From: an uncultured Desulfurococcaceae archaeon
GTDB taxonomy: Archaea > Thermoproteota > Thermoprotei_A > Sulfolobales > NBVN01
NCBI GenBank assembly: GCA_964482405.1
Contig: CAYZXH010000002.1
Span: 1 to 61,085 of the forward strand
DNA length: 61,085 nt
Direction of reading: 5' to 3'
Shown: positions 26,596 to 36,378 of the stretch, piece by piece
Numbering within the stretch: position 1 is the first letter of the stretch
How the letters are laid out: every line of letters begins with the position of its first letter
Program-made: the position numbers and the translations under genes
Notes under the pieces: generated by a model
Seen by the model: only the letters and a program-made list of their open reading frames with translations
Told to the model about the DNA's origin: nothing
Databases searched by the model: none

Positions 26596-27771
26596 TTGAG
26601 GTTTAGAATCAATATCTTAGGGGTAAGCTCTTTGAGTAAGCAAGACGACTACGATGACCTGCATTGGTCTCAAGACTCACACACTTCTCAGTTTAGCAGG
26701 TATATCAATCCGTCACTCATAGACTTCATCGACCACTTACAGAGTTTTGAGTATATTCCGGAGATTTCCGAAGTAGCTGATTTAATGGACCTACACACGT
26801 CTACGGTGTGGAAGATTATGAAGGCTATAAAGCAGAAAGGTCTTGAGTTTCAAGGACTTATAGACGTTGCTCGCTTAGGTATGGTTGAGGTTATCTTAAT
26901 CTTCGATAAGTTTCTCGATATCACTAAGTTACCTAAGTGTTTGCTCAGGGAGTACGCGCCGGTTCTCCCGTGGGGTTCTTACCTCAGATACGTAGTACCC
27001 AAAAACTCTGTTGAGAGCTTCCTGACGTCGCTATACGTTAAGTTAGGTGCTGAGGCTAGAGAGGTCTACGTGCTACCCGTAACCGTGCATAATAGACCTA
27101 GCTTAAAGGAATACTACGACGTAACGTCTAAGAGATTCTTGTTAAGCTGGGATACCTTAATAACGCGTATCAAGACATCCCCTAGAGAATCCCTACCCAA
27201 GGAGATCCCTGAGGTGAGGGTGAGGTATGATGAGGTAGACCTACACATTGTGAGGGAGCTCGAGCTCAACCCCTTCACCTCCGTCAAGAATATAACCAGG
27301 AAACTTAGTGAGGAATCACGCTTAGATAGAGTGCTTAATTACGTGTTGGTTCTGAGACACTATAATAACCACGTAAGGAATAGGGGTGTTATAAGGGGTG
27401 TTAGACTGAAACTCGAGCGTTTATTCCTAGACCCGCCAATCAAGACGTTGAGCGTGATCGTGGGTAACCCGATAGACTTACTGAGGGTTTCTAAAGTGCT
27501 GAGTACTCACGTGTACTTCCTAGACTCCTACGTGAGCTTATCTGACAACATACTAGTAACTCAAGCATTGATACCCCCTAGACTAATATTCGACCTAAGC
27601 CTCTTCTTAGAGAAGCTGAGAATAGATGAGGTCATAAAATCCTGGAGGAACATATACCTAGATAACACCAAGTTGAGGAAGTACGCGTTCCCAGTGAAGC
27701 TATACACCCTCACCGTAGACGAGATGCTTAACTTAAGCGATGACGAGTTAATGATTAAAGAATTAACTTGA
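26596..27771 (+). CDS. putative transcriptional regulator with two winged-helix/HTH modules
   Basis: 391 aa. HTH-like segments ISEVADLMDLHTSTVWKIMKAIKQKG and NPFTSVKNITRKLSEESRLDRVLNYV; TTG start. Confidence 0.5.
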   Translation: MRFRINILGVSSLSKQDDYDDLHWSQDSHTSQFSRYINPSLIDFIDHLQSFEYIPEISEVADLMDLHTSTVWKIMKAIKQKGLEFQGLIDVARLGMVEVILIFDKFLDITKLPKCLLREYAPVLPWGSYLRYVVPKNSVESFLTSLYVKLGAEAREVYVLPVTVHNRPSLKEYYDVTSKRFLLSWDTLITRIKTSPRESLPKEIPEVRVRYDEVDLHIVRELELNPFTSVKNITRKLSEESRLDRVLNYVLVLRHYNNHVRNRGVIRGVRLKLERLFLDPPIKTLSVIVGNPIDLLRVSKVLSTHVYFLDSYVSLSDNILVTQALIPPRLIFDLSLFLEKLRIDEVIKSWRNIYLDNTKLRKYAFPVKLYTLTVDEMLNLSDDELMIKELT

Positions 27772-27818
27772 CGTCAGCGAGACGTGAAGTACTTGAGGAA
27801 CGTTTAGTGAAGTTAATT

Positions 27819-27833
27819 AAAACGTTTATAAGG
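27819..27833 (+). promoter_or_regulatory. candidate TATA box of the pgk-gap-usp operon
   Basis: aaaacgtttataagg lies 34-48 nt upstream of TTG 27867. Confidence 0.35.
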
Positions 27834-27866
27834 ACATCTTAAAGAAACATATAGGGATACATAGTT

Positions 27867-29108
27867 TTGGAGTTCACTCAGTTTCCCACAATAGACGACG
27901 TCGAGTTAAGTAAGAAGAAGGTTCTTGTCCGCGTTGATTTCAACTCACCCATCGATAAAGACGGTAAGATAATGGATGATTCAAGAATAAAGGCTCATCG
28001 TCAAACACTCCTAACGCTACTTAATCGCGGAGCTTCTGTAGTTGTGATAACTCATCAAGGAAGACCCGGCGACAACGACTTCATAACCTTAGAACCCCAC
28101 GCCGAGAAGCTTCAGGAAGTCCTCGGAGTTAAGGTAAGGTTCGTTAGCGACGTTATAGGTCCCGCAGCCTCCGAAGCTATACGGAGCTTGGGTGAGGGCG
28201 AGATCCTGTTACTCGATAACGTTAGGCTGGTTTCCGAGGAGTTGATTGAGGCAGAACCCGAGAAGCACTCCAGAACATACTTAGTCAGGAGACTCTCACC
28301 TCTATTCAATTACTTCGTATTCGACGCTTTCGCGACAGCACACAGATCCCAGCCCTCCATAGTAGGGTTCCCGATAGTTCTCCCGTCAGTAGTCGGCTAC
28401 GTCATGAGAGACGAGCTCGAAGCATTAAATAAGTCAATACTGAGCAACGAGTCCCCAAGACTCTTCGTCTTAGGAGGTGCTAAGGTCAGGGACACAATAA
28501 AGATAATAGAGTTCTTAACGAAGAAGAGAATAGCTGACAGAATACTCACTACGGGCCTCGTCGGCTTAACATTCCACGTAGCTAAAGGTGGTAGAGCCGG
28601 TAAGTCCCTCCTGAAATTCCTTGAGGAGAAAGGCCTCACCACCTTAATACCCCTAGCCCGGAGAGTGATTTTATCAGGTGCACCAGTAGACACCCCCTAC
28701 GACGTTAAAGTGATTAAGGAGGACGGAAGCGTCACAGAGGAACCCATAAATACTGCTGATGGAATACCTGTGGACATAGGGTCCTACACGTCCCTGATGT
28801 TTTCCGAGATGATTAAGGAAGCCTCCGTGGTCGTTATGAGGGGTCCGGCCGGGTACGTCGAAGACCCTAGATTCAGATCCGGCACTCTAGATATATTGAA
28901 GGCAGCTCTCGAAAGCAACGCTTACGTGATAATCGGGGGCGGACACCTAGGCTCTATGCTTGATGAGGTTGATGTGAGGAAGGAGAAGAACCTACACGTC
29001 TCAACGGGTGGCGGCGCTCTCCTCATAGCGCTCTCAGGCGAGACACTCCCCGCATTAAAAGCTTTGGAAATCTCATACAAGAAGTTTTTCGCGGGTGGTT
29101 CCTCGTGA
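27867..29108 (+). CDS. pgk: phosphoglycerate kinase
   Basis: 413 aa; PGK motifs RVDFNSP, HQGRPG and STGGGALL; TTG start. Confidence 0.95.
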   Translation: MEFTQFPTIDDVELSKKKVLVRVDFNSPIDKDGKIMDDSRIKAHRQTLLTLLNRGASVVVITHQGRPGDNDFITLEPHAEKLQEVLGVKVRFVSDVIGPAASEAIRSLGEGEILLLDNVRLVSEELIEAEPEKHSRTYLVRRLSPLFNYFVFDAFATAHRSQPSIVGFPIVLPSVVGYVMRDELEALNKSILSNESPRLFVLGGAKVRDTIKIIEFLTKKRIADRILTTGLVGLTFHVAKGGRAGKSLLKFLEEKGLTTLIPLARRVILSGAPVDTPYDVKVIKEDGSVTEEPINTADGIPVDIGSYTSLMFSEMIKEASVVVMRGPAGYVEDPRFRSGTLDILKAALESNAYVIIGGGHLGSMLDEVDVRKEKNLHVSTGGGALLIALSGETLPALKALEISYKKFFAGGSS

Positions 29109-30124
29109 AGGTTAGAGTAGGGGTAAACGGGTACGGAACTATAGGTAAGAGAGTTGCTTGGGCCATAACACTACAACCGGATATGGAGTTAGTCGGTATC
29201 GTAAAGACAAAACCTAACTGGGAGACACTCTCAGCTGTTAAGAGAGGTTTAAGGATCTACACGCTGAAAGAAAATATGCGTGAGTTCCACGCGAGAGGAA
29301 TCGAGGTTCACGGAACGTTAGAAGACCTGCTTAACTCCGTTGACGTGATAGTTGATGCGACGCCAGGCGACATAGGCGCTACATACAAGAAACTCTATGA
29401 GAGCTTTGGGCGTAAGGCCGTCTTCCAAGGAGGTGAAGAGCCTGAGGTAGCTGAGGTGAGCTTCAACGCTCTAGTAAATTACGATGACGCGTTAGGTAAG
29501 AACTACGTTAGGGTAGTGTCATGCAATACTACCGGCTTATTAAGGATAATATACGCGATATCGAGACTAGGCAAGATAAAGCGTGTGAGAGGATTCATAG
29601 TTAGGAGGGCTGCCGACCTAAAAGAGATTAAGAAGGGGCCTATTGAGGGGATAATTCTCGACCCTTCTAAGCCGCCCTCACACCACGCGCTAGACGTCAA
29701 CACAGTGATTAAAGACCTAGACATAATCACCTACGCGGTGGTAGTTCCAACCACGTTAGCACACATACACACTCTCCAATTCGTGTTGGAGGGGGCAGTG
29801 TCTCGCGATGAAGTTCTCGACACATTAGCCAACACCCCGAGGATACTATTAGTTGATGGAGGATTACTTAAATCTACCGCTGAGTTAAGAGAGTTAGCGA
29901 GGGATTTGGGGAGGCCTCAAGGAGATATATACGAGAATGTTGTGTGGTCTGATAGTATTCTCGTGAGAGGGGATGAAGTCATGCTGACCTACGCCGTACA
30001 CCAGGAAGCAATAGTAGTCCCAGAAAATATTGACGCTATACGTGCTATCACGAGACTTAAAGAAAGAGCTGAGGATTCTATAAAGATAACTGATGAGACC
30101 TTAGGTATTAAGAGGTGGTTGTAG
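29105..30124 (+). CDS. gap: glyceraldehyde-3-phosphate dehydrogenase, archaeal type
   Basis: 339 aa; VNGYGTIGKRVA (NAD(P) binding) and SCNTTGL (active-site Cys); GTGA overlap with pgk. Confidence 0.93.
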   Translation: MKVRVGVNGYGTIGKRVAWAITLQPDMELVGIVKTKPNWETLSAVKRGLRIYTLKENMREFHARGIEVHGTLEDLLNSVDVIVDATPGDIGATYKKLYESFGRKAVFQGGEEPEVAEVSFNALVNYDDALGKNYVRVVSCNTTGLLRIIYAISRLGKIKRVRGFIVRRAADLKEIKKGPIEGIILDPSKPPSHHALDVNTVIKDLDIITYAVVVPTTLAHIHTLQFVLEGAVSRDEVLDTLANTPRILLVDGGLLKSTAELRELARDLGRPQGDIYENVVWSDSILVRGDEVMLTYAVHQEAIVVPENIDAIRAITRLKERAEDSIKITDETLGIKRWL

Positions 30125-30549
30125 TGAGTTACTATCCTGAACCAACATATATAGTGAGTTACCTCTTCAGGAAAATACTGATACCTGTTGATGGGTCGAC
30201 GATGAGTTTCAGAGCTCTTGAGGTAGGGCTTGACTTCGCGTCGAGGTACGGCTCCAAGATAAAGGTGTTGATAGTTGAGGATCGGTCAATCCCTAACGTA
30301 GACGAGGTTGTGAAGAGAGTTACTGAAATATCTAGTAAGAGAGGGATTAGCGTTGAGGTGAAGGTGAAGAAACCTAATTACCCGGACACCTCAGTAGCTA
30401 CGGCCATCGTGGAGGAATTGCTTGAAGAGCACTACGACCTAGTCATACTAACGGCTCGCGGCAGAACACTCAATCCAGATTTAGTTATTGGTTCCATAGC
30501 TTTATCCGTAATAATAAACTCAAATACCTCGATCTTCTTAATAAGATAA
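30115..30549 (+). CDS. universal stress protein (UspA) family
   Basis: 144 aa; KILIPVDGS start and a C-terminal GS..-type motif; overlaps gap by 10 nt. Confidence 0.8.
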   Translation: MVVVSYYPEPTYIVSYLFRKILIPVDGSTMSFRALEVGLDFASRYGSKIKVLIVEDRSIPNVDEVVKRVTEISSKRGISVEVKVKKPNYPDTSVATAIVEELLEEHYDLVILTARGRTLNPDLVIGSIALSVIINSNTSIFLIR

Positions 30550-30556
30550 CCGAAGG

Positions 30557-30569
30557 TTTTTATTTTATT
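30557..30569 (+). terminator. T-rich candidate archaeal terminator after the pgk-gap-usp operon
   Basis: tttttattttatt begins 8 nt after the usp stop. Confidence 0.3.
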
Positions 30570-30604
30570 GCGTCTTACACGTATTGAGTAGTGTGGTGGT
30601 TTAG

Positions 30605-31858
30605 TTGAGTAAAGAAAACACTAAGAAATACGTGTTTGACGAAATACACGGTTACATAATCTTAGACTCCTTAATGAGGGACTTGGTTGACACACCCCCT
30701 CTGCAGAGATTGAGGAGGATTAAGCAATTATCTCAAGCTTGGTACGTGTTCCCGGGTGCAGTACATACAAGGTTTTCTCACTCACTAGGTGTCATGAAGC
30801 TAGCTGAGAGGGTTGCGGATAAGCTCATAAACGACGGCATAATAAGCAGAGATGATAGGGACTTGCTCAGGACCGCAGCACTTCTCCACGACGTCGGTCA
30901 CACACCCTACTCACACGCTCTAGAATACGTGTTCTACTCTAATTACGGGATAAATCACGAGGAGTTAAGCTACATGATAATTGTTGAGGAACCCCATATC
31001 AGGGAAGTTCTTTCTAATCATGGGCTCTCACCAGACGAAGTAGCTAAGATAGTGACCGGCGCGCATGAGGAACCGGCTTTCAATAACCTCTTAAACAGCG
31101 ACTTAGACGTTGATAGGCTTGATTACCTACCTAGAGACGCGTTACATACAGGCGTTAAGTACGGTTTAATAGATCTTGAGAGGATAATTCAGACGTTAAC
31201 TTTAGATGATGAGGGCTGCATAGCAGTACACCCTAAAGCAATACACGCCGTAGAGTCTTTCTACGTCTCCCGTCTCCACATGTATAGGTCTGTTTACTAC
31301 CATAAAACAATAACAGGATATCAGTTATTGCTAGCAGCGATATACGAGATAGTGTTATTTGAGAGAGAGGTTAAGAGTCTTTTAGAACCTTTCACATCTC
31401 TCGAAGGTATTAGGAAGGCCGTGAGGGAAGGAAGTATTTCTGTGTGGGACGACTTCCTAGTGGGAGGTATTTTAAACGTCATATTAGCTAGGAGATTAGG
31501 TAGTGAGATACTTAGAGAGCTCATTAAAGCGTACGTTAATAGAAGGGGTTATAAGGCTTTCTATAACTACATAAGTTTTAAGCAAGAACAAGGCATCACG
31601 CAAGCAGAGATAGATAAATTAAGCAGGGTTAGCAGAGCACTCCTAGCTAGGGGAGTTAACGCCTACACCTTCAGAACCTATACTGAGTCGGTCCCGATAA
31701 TTTCTAGAGAGAAGGAAGTTAGGGTCTTGAGTAACGCGAGATCCATGAAGATATCAGAGCTGGGAGATTCCATAATCAAGAGTCTTCCCAGATATATGGA
31801 GATCGTTAGGATTTACGCGTTGCCAGCACTTGAGGAAGCGATTAAGGGCCTTGTCTAA
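30605..31858 (+). CDS. HD-domain phosphohydrolase (COG1078, dNTPase/SAMHD1-like), paralog 1
   Basis: 417 aa; IHGYI..QRLRRIKQL..PGAVHTRFSHSLG and LLHDVGHTPYSH (HD motif). Confidence 0.85.
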   Translation: MSKENTKKYVFDEIHGYIILDSLMRDLVDTPPLQRLRRIKQLSQAWYVFPGAVHTRFSHSLGVMKLAERVADKLINDGIISRDDRDLLRTAALLHDVGHTPYSHALEYVFYSNYGINHEELSYMIIVEEPHIREVLSNHGLSPDEVAKIVTGAHEEPAFNNLLNSDLDVDRLDYLPRDALHTGVKYGLIDLERIIQTLTLDDEGCIAVHPKAIHAVESFYVSRLHMYRSVYYHKTITGYQLLLAAIYEIVLFEREVKSLLEPFTSLEGIRKAVREGSISVWDDFLVGGILNVILARRLGSEILRELIKAYVNRRGYKAFYNYISFKQEQGITQAEIDKLSRVSRALLARGVNAYTFRTYTESVPIISREKEVRVLSNARSMKISELGDSIIKSLPRYMEIVRIYALPALEEAIKGLV

Positions 31859-31862
31859 GCCC

Positions 31863-32318
31863 TCACTCAAATTCCTTACGCATTAAGTAAGCGTCTGAGT
31901 CAGGGTAGTAATTAGGTAATATCTTGACAATCTTGTAGCCTAGCTTCTTATAAACGCTTAAAGCCCTCGCATTCTTCACCGAAACTTCGAGCTCAACACA
32001 CTTAATCCCGAATTTTAAGCACCTATCTTCAAAAAATGTCAGTAGTTTCTTACCTAATCCTCTCCCGCGCGAGTCAGGGTCCACGGCTATGGAAGCTACG
32101 TGACAGCAGTTATTAGTGGCCGTAAAACCCGTTATGTAGCCTTTAACGAGCCCGCCACACTCCACAACCAAGAATAGTTCTGGGTGAAGAAATAACTCAG
32201 AAATGAATACTGTGGCAGGGTACGGGTACTTAAAAGACCCCCTTTCTATCTCAATTATTCTCTCTAAATCTTTGAGGGTCGCGTTCCTCACTACACACTC
32301 GCTTACTTCAGAGCCCAT
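31863..32318 (-). CDS. GNAT N-alpha-acetyltransferase (RimI/Ard1 family)
   Basis: 151 aa; acetyl-CoA binding motif RGRGLGKKLL; overlaps the upstream PurM-like gene by 16 nt. Confidence 0.85.
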   Translation of the reverse strand: MGSEVSECVVRNATLKDLERIIEIERGSFKYPYPATVFISELFLHPELFLVVECGGLVKGYITGFTATNNCCHVASIAVDPDSRGRGLGKKLLTFFEDRCLKFGIKCVELEVSVKNARALSVYKKLGYKIVKILPNYYPDSDAYLMRKEFE

Positions 32319-33313
32319 AACTTCATTACCTCGTCTTCCACGTAAGGCTCATAAACATATTCTCTCTCGCGGTTCCTGAGTATCTCTAGGATAGGCCCTT
32401 CACCCACTCTAGGGAGTACTTCACCAATCACCGAAGCTTCTATGTTATTCTTCTTGAGTAGTTCTATTGCTTCCTCGACGCGCTCCCTAGGAACTGAAGC
32501 TATTAAAGCACCCGAGGAGAGAATCTTCAATGGATCTAAACCTAAAGCCTTAGTGATTTCTAAAGTTACCTTGTGGAGAGGGATTTTATCAGCGTATACT
32601 CTTATGAGCTTGCCTGACGCGTAAGCCATTTCCGCAAGACCCCCTAATAATCCCCCTTCAGTCGGGTCATGCATGCCGCTCACGAGACCCTCCCTACTTA
32701 GGAGAGTTGCTTCCTCCACGACGCTGATTAAGTCTATCATTTTCTCACCCGCCTCCAACGTTCCCTCACTAACCCCTCTAGCGATAAGCACCTCCCTGAA
32801 ATCTGAGGAGAGTATCGCCGTTCCCTCAATACCTGCGTACTTACTCATGATGATTAAATCACCTTCCTTAACGTTCCTAACATCCACTAAGTTGCTCGTT
32901 TTTAGTATGCCGAAGGCGGTAGTTGCGGTTATCGGTCTCTTAACACTGTCAGTGAATTCTGTGTGACCCCCAACCATTAACGCCCCATACCTACTCAACG
33001 CTCTCCTCATAGAACTCGTTATTATGTCAACTAATTCCTCGTCAGAGTTCTCGGGGAGCAGAATTACTGACGTGAAGAATTTTGGGTAAGCACCTATCAT
33101 CGCAACATCGTTAGCAGGTATTACTATGGAGAGGGTTCCAAGGTGTTTGATAGCTCCTGAGATCGGGTCTGGATGAACACCCACCAAAACCTCGTCACAT
33201 ACCTTGATAGCCGCGGCATCTACTCCCACATCCGCTTGAAGAACTATTGAAGGGTCACAAGACACGAACCTACTCAACACGTACTTCTTAAGGCTTTCAG
33301 GTCTGAGCTTCAT
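32303..33313 (-). CDS. AIR synthase-related (PurM superfamily) protein, function uncertain
   Basis: 336 aa; VGVDAAAI...DPI...GGHTE pattern of PurM/HypE/SelD-like ATP-binding proteins. It lacks the HypE C-terminal PRIC motif. Confidence 0.7.
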   Translation of the reverse strand: MKLRPESLKKYVLSRFVSCDPSIVLQADVGVDAAAIKVCDEVLVGVHPDPISGAIKHLGTLSIVIPANDVAMIGAYPKFFTSVILLPENSDEELVDIITSSMRRALSRYGALMVGGHTEFTDSVKRPITATTAFGILKTSNLVDVRNVKEGDLIIMSKYAGIEGTAILSSDFREVLIARGVSEGTLEAGEKMIDLISVVEEATLLSREGLVSGMHDPTEGGLLGGLAEMAYASGKLIRVYADKIPLHKVTLEITKALGLDPLKILSSGALIASVPRERVEEAIELLKKNNIEASVIGEVLPRVGEGPILEILRNREREYVYEPYVEDEVMKLWALK

Positions 33314-33362
33314 TCAATTCCCTTAATGGATTTCGTTATAACAAATAATATGTCCTTAATGA

Positions 33363-34115
33363 ATGTATTCAGGGATTTGCTTGGTTGAGGTAGTGTTTCT
33401 AGGTGTTGGTGGGTGGTTGTCAAACCCTCTATACGGGCAATCAAGCGTTCTCGTGCTGGGTTCTGACAAGAACATATTGTTAGATGCTGGTGAGGGAACC
33501 TTAGAGAAACTGACTAAGTGTTCTAGGATAGACGTCAACGACTTAGACTACATTATCTTAACACACTCACACGGGGATCACGTGCTCGGGTTACCTACTA
33601 TAGCGCAACACTTAAGACGCCCAGTAAAGGTTGTGGGTTTGAGGGAAACATTAGGTGATTTAAGGAAGATTTTCGAGGCTCTACACATAGAGAACAAGCT
33701 CCAGCAACTAACTTTCTTGGAGATTCTGCCCGGAGGTAGTGAGGAGCTTGGTGAGGGGCTGAAGCTTAAGTGTGTTAAAGCAAAACACGTGATACCCGCT
33801 ATATCCGTGTTGCTGGAGGTTGACGGTGTTAAAATAGCTTATAGCGGTGATACATCCTATAACCCGGAGTTCTTGAGCGTGGCTGAGAACGCGGATCTAC
33901 TAATCCACGAGTTTTCGGTTCCTCGAGAGATGCAGGAATTAGCTGAAGTCTTAGGTCATACAGCTCTCACAGACTTCGAACGTATAGTAAAACTCTCTAA
34001 ACCTAAGAGGGTAGCTCCAGTACACTATTACCTAGAAGCACCTAAACTAAGCTTGTCGTCCGTGGAAAACGTGGAGTTAGTCATCCCAACACCCTGCTCT
34101 AAACTAAGTTTTTAA
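33363..34115 (+). CDS. metallo-beta-lactamase fold hydrolase (RNase Z-like)
   Basis: 250 aa; HSHGDH zinc motif; FLGVGG N-terminus. The start may be TTG 33381 or GTG 33393. Confidence 0.75.
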   Translation: MYSGICLVEVVFLGVGGWLSNPLYGQSSVLVLGSDKNILLDAGEGTLEKLTKCSRIDVNDLDYIILTHSHGDHVLGLPTIAQHLRRPVKVVGLRETLGDLRKIFEALHIENKLQQLTFLEILPGGSEELGEGLKLKCVKAKHVIPAISVLLEVDGVKIAYSGDTSYNPEFLSVAENADLLIHEFSVPREMQELAEVLGHTALTDFERIVKLSKPKRVAPVHYYLEAPKLSLSSVENVELVIPTPCSKLSF

Positions 34116-34215
34116 TAACTGTGTGAGAGTTTAAGTATGCTCGGATTAGTAAATATTTGTCAAAACACTATTAAACTTTTTAAGTATTATAGCGGTTTTA
34201 ATTTAGGGTGAGTCC

Positions 34216-35298
34216 TTGCCGGAAGTGAGGAGAATTCAGAGATTCGGTAAGTCAACCTTAATGGTTTCGTTACCGGCGAGCTGGGTAAAAACAATGAAGT
34301 TATCACCTGGCGACAGCGTATCAATAGATTTGATGGAGGATGGGTCTTTGAGGATAGTGCCTCTCTACATGTCGCAAAAAAGAGAGGAGAGGACACTGCA
34401 AATCAAGGTAAGCAAGAACTCTTCCGAGGTATTGCTAGCTAGAAGTGTTGTCGCCGGGTACCTCCTCGGCGCCGACGTCGTGGTCGTGGAAGCCATGGAC
34501 GGGGTCTTATCAGAAACACACTTAAGAACTGTTAGGGAGATTGTTAAGGAGCTCTTAGGGGCTGAAATACTTGAGCATACGCCGAGCAAGGTCTCAATAC
34601 AGATCTTAATAGACCCGAGCAAGTACTCAGCACTTAACTTACTTAATAGATTACTTAACCGAGTTAAGTTCATGATACAGCACCTGCAGATAGCGGTGGT
34701 AGATAACAAGCCTTACCTATTACACGAGATAGAGGAGATAGAGAAGGAGGTTGACAGACTTCACGCACTAGCCATTAGGCAATTTCTTCAAGCACAGAAC
34801 GACAGATCCCTCAGCAAATACCTAGGGATTAAGACCTCTCTGATACCGGAGTATAGGGGTATAGTCAGGGGACTTGAGGAAGTAGCTGACGCTTTAAGTT
34901 CTGCAGCACAAGTGCTCAAAGAATTAGGTGAGAGAGGCCAGCTAACACTGTTTAGTTACGAGTCGAATATCCTTAAAGAAAGTCTTGACTATCTCCTCAT
35001 GACTGTCGAGAGAATAGATAAAGTATTTAAGACTTTAGATCTCTACGTAGCTAACGAAGTAATCAACATGGTTACTGAATACTATACACTCATAAGGAAA
35101 TACGACGAGCTCTTCTTCAGGTCGCTCAAGCAGGAGGAACCAGATAAATTATTTGATAAGGGTTACGTCCTGGTGCGTGAGTTCATCGACAGACTCATCG
35201 AAGCCGGCAGGTCATTAGAATCCGTTTCTGAAGCACTTTTCGACATATCTATAGAGAGAACCGGAGCTACTCTAGACATATGTAAAGTCTTCATATAG
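34216..35298 (+). CDS. AbrB/SpoVT-domain plus PhoU-like phosphate uptake regulator homolog
   Basis: 360 aa; N-terminal swapped-hairpin motif RIQRFGKSTLMVSLPASWVK..GDSV followed by helical PhoU-like repeats. Confidence 0.75.
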   Translation: MPEVRRIQRFGKSTLMVSLPASWVKTMKLSPGDSVSIDLMEDGSLRIVPLYMSQKREERTLQIKVSKNSSEVLLARSVVAGYLLGADVVVVEAMDGVLSETHLRTVREIVKELLGAEILEHTPSKVSIQILIDPSKYSALNLLNRLLNRVKFMIQHLQIAVVDNKPYLLHEIEEIEKEVDRLHALAIRQFLQAQNDRSLSKYLGIKTSLIPEYRGIVRGLEEVADALSSAAQVLKELGERGQLTLFSYESNILKESLDYLLMTVERIDKVFKTLDLYVANEVINMVTEYYTLIRKYDELFFRSLKQEEPDKLFDKGYVLVREFIDRLIEAGRSLESVSEALFDISIERTGATLDICKVFI

Positions 35299-35310
35299 GG
35301 GACATGAGTC

Positions 35311-35319
35311 TTTCTTTTT
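35311..35319 (+). terminator. T-rich candidate terminator after the PhoU-like gene
   Basis: tttcttttt begins 13 nt after the stop at 35298. Confidence 0.3.
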
Positions 35320-35407
35320 AAGCAAATCAATACTTCAAGTTATACGTCGGGGATTAACCGTTAAGTTCGACATAGCTAAAGCTACGGAAGACGTACTCGA
35401 AGGTGAT

Positions 35408-36319
35408 GTGTGGCAAGCACTAGAAGTGTTCTTAACGGAGCTTGAGGCGGCTGGAGCCTCGCAGAAAACTGTTCGCGCCTACAGGTACGGGATTAGCGAC
35501 TTCCTTAAATTCGCTAATAAGAACTGCGTGAGAGAGTTGAGTATTGAAGACTACAATAAGTGGAGATTAGAGAGGTTGAGGAAGGGATTTCCGGAAGGCT
35601 CGAACGATAAGAGAAGGATTCAGACCACTCTGCACTACTACTCACTCTACGTAAGATCATTTATTAAGTGGTTAGGTATAGCTGATAAGATACCGGCAGT
35701 CTCCAGACCTAGGGGGAGGAGGAACGTGATGACTCTAAGGTTAGAGGACGTGAAGAAATTATTCGATGCCTCGAGAGACATAGTCGACAAGACCATAGTG
35801 GCGCTACTCTTTGAGACAGGCCTCAGAGCACAGGAATTGCTGTCGCTAAACGTGGAGGACGTAAACCTCGAATCACGTGAGATAATAGTTAGGCACGCTA
35901 AATTCGGTGACGAGAGAATAGTCTTCTTCGGCCCCTTAAGCTACGAGACCTTAAAGATCTACATGTACTTAAGTAATAAGAAAGAAGGAAAACTCTTTGA
36001 CTTAACTTACAGCGGCTTATATAAGAGACTGAAAACTCTTGCGTCAAGAGCTGGGGTAGATCCTAGCAAGGTAAGACCTCACGTAATGAGGCACACGTTC
36101 GCTACTGAAGCACTTAAAAGAGGTATGGACTTAATAACGTTGCAGAACTTATTAGGGCATAAAGACATAAAGACAACGCAAATATATATCCACCTACTCA
36201 AAGAAGACATAAAGAAATCTTACGAAAACGCTTTCTCTCAAGGACTAAAGATTTGGGAGTCCAACTTCTCAAAGCATCGTGAGCTAGACTCAAGCAAGCT
36301 ACCTGTTGAAGCTACTTAA
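35408..36319 (+). CDS. xerA: tyrosine recombinase XerA (archaeal Xer)
   Basis: 303 aa; catalytic signature ETGLRAQEL, PHVMRHTFAT and LLGHKDIKTTQIYIH; GTG start. Confidence 0.85.
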   Translation: MWQALEVFLTELEAAGASQKTVRAYRYGISDFLKFANKNCVRELSIEDYNKWRLERLRKGFPEGSNDKRRIQTTLHYYSLYVRSFIKWLGIADKIPAVSRPRGRRNVMTLRLEDVKKLFDASRDIVDKTIVALLFETGLRAQELLSLNVEDVNLESREIIVRHAKFGDERIVFFGPLSYETLKIYMYLSNKKEGKLFDLTYSGLYKRLKTLASRAGVDPSKVRPHVMRHTFATEALKRGMDLITLQNLLGHKDIKTTQIYIHLLKEDIKKSYENAFSQGLKIWESNFSKHRELDSSKLPVEAT

Positions 36320-36378
36320 AGCTTGTCCCCCATAGCGACTTAATTGTTGTGACGATGTGGTTGTTTGAGTGTCCTCGC

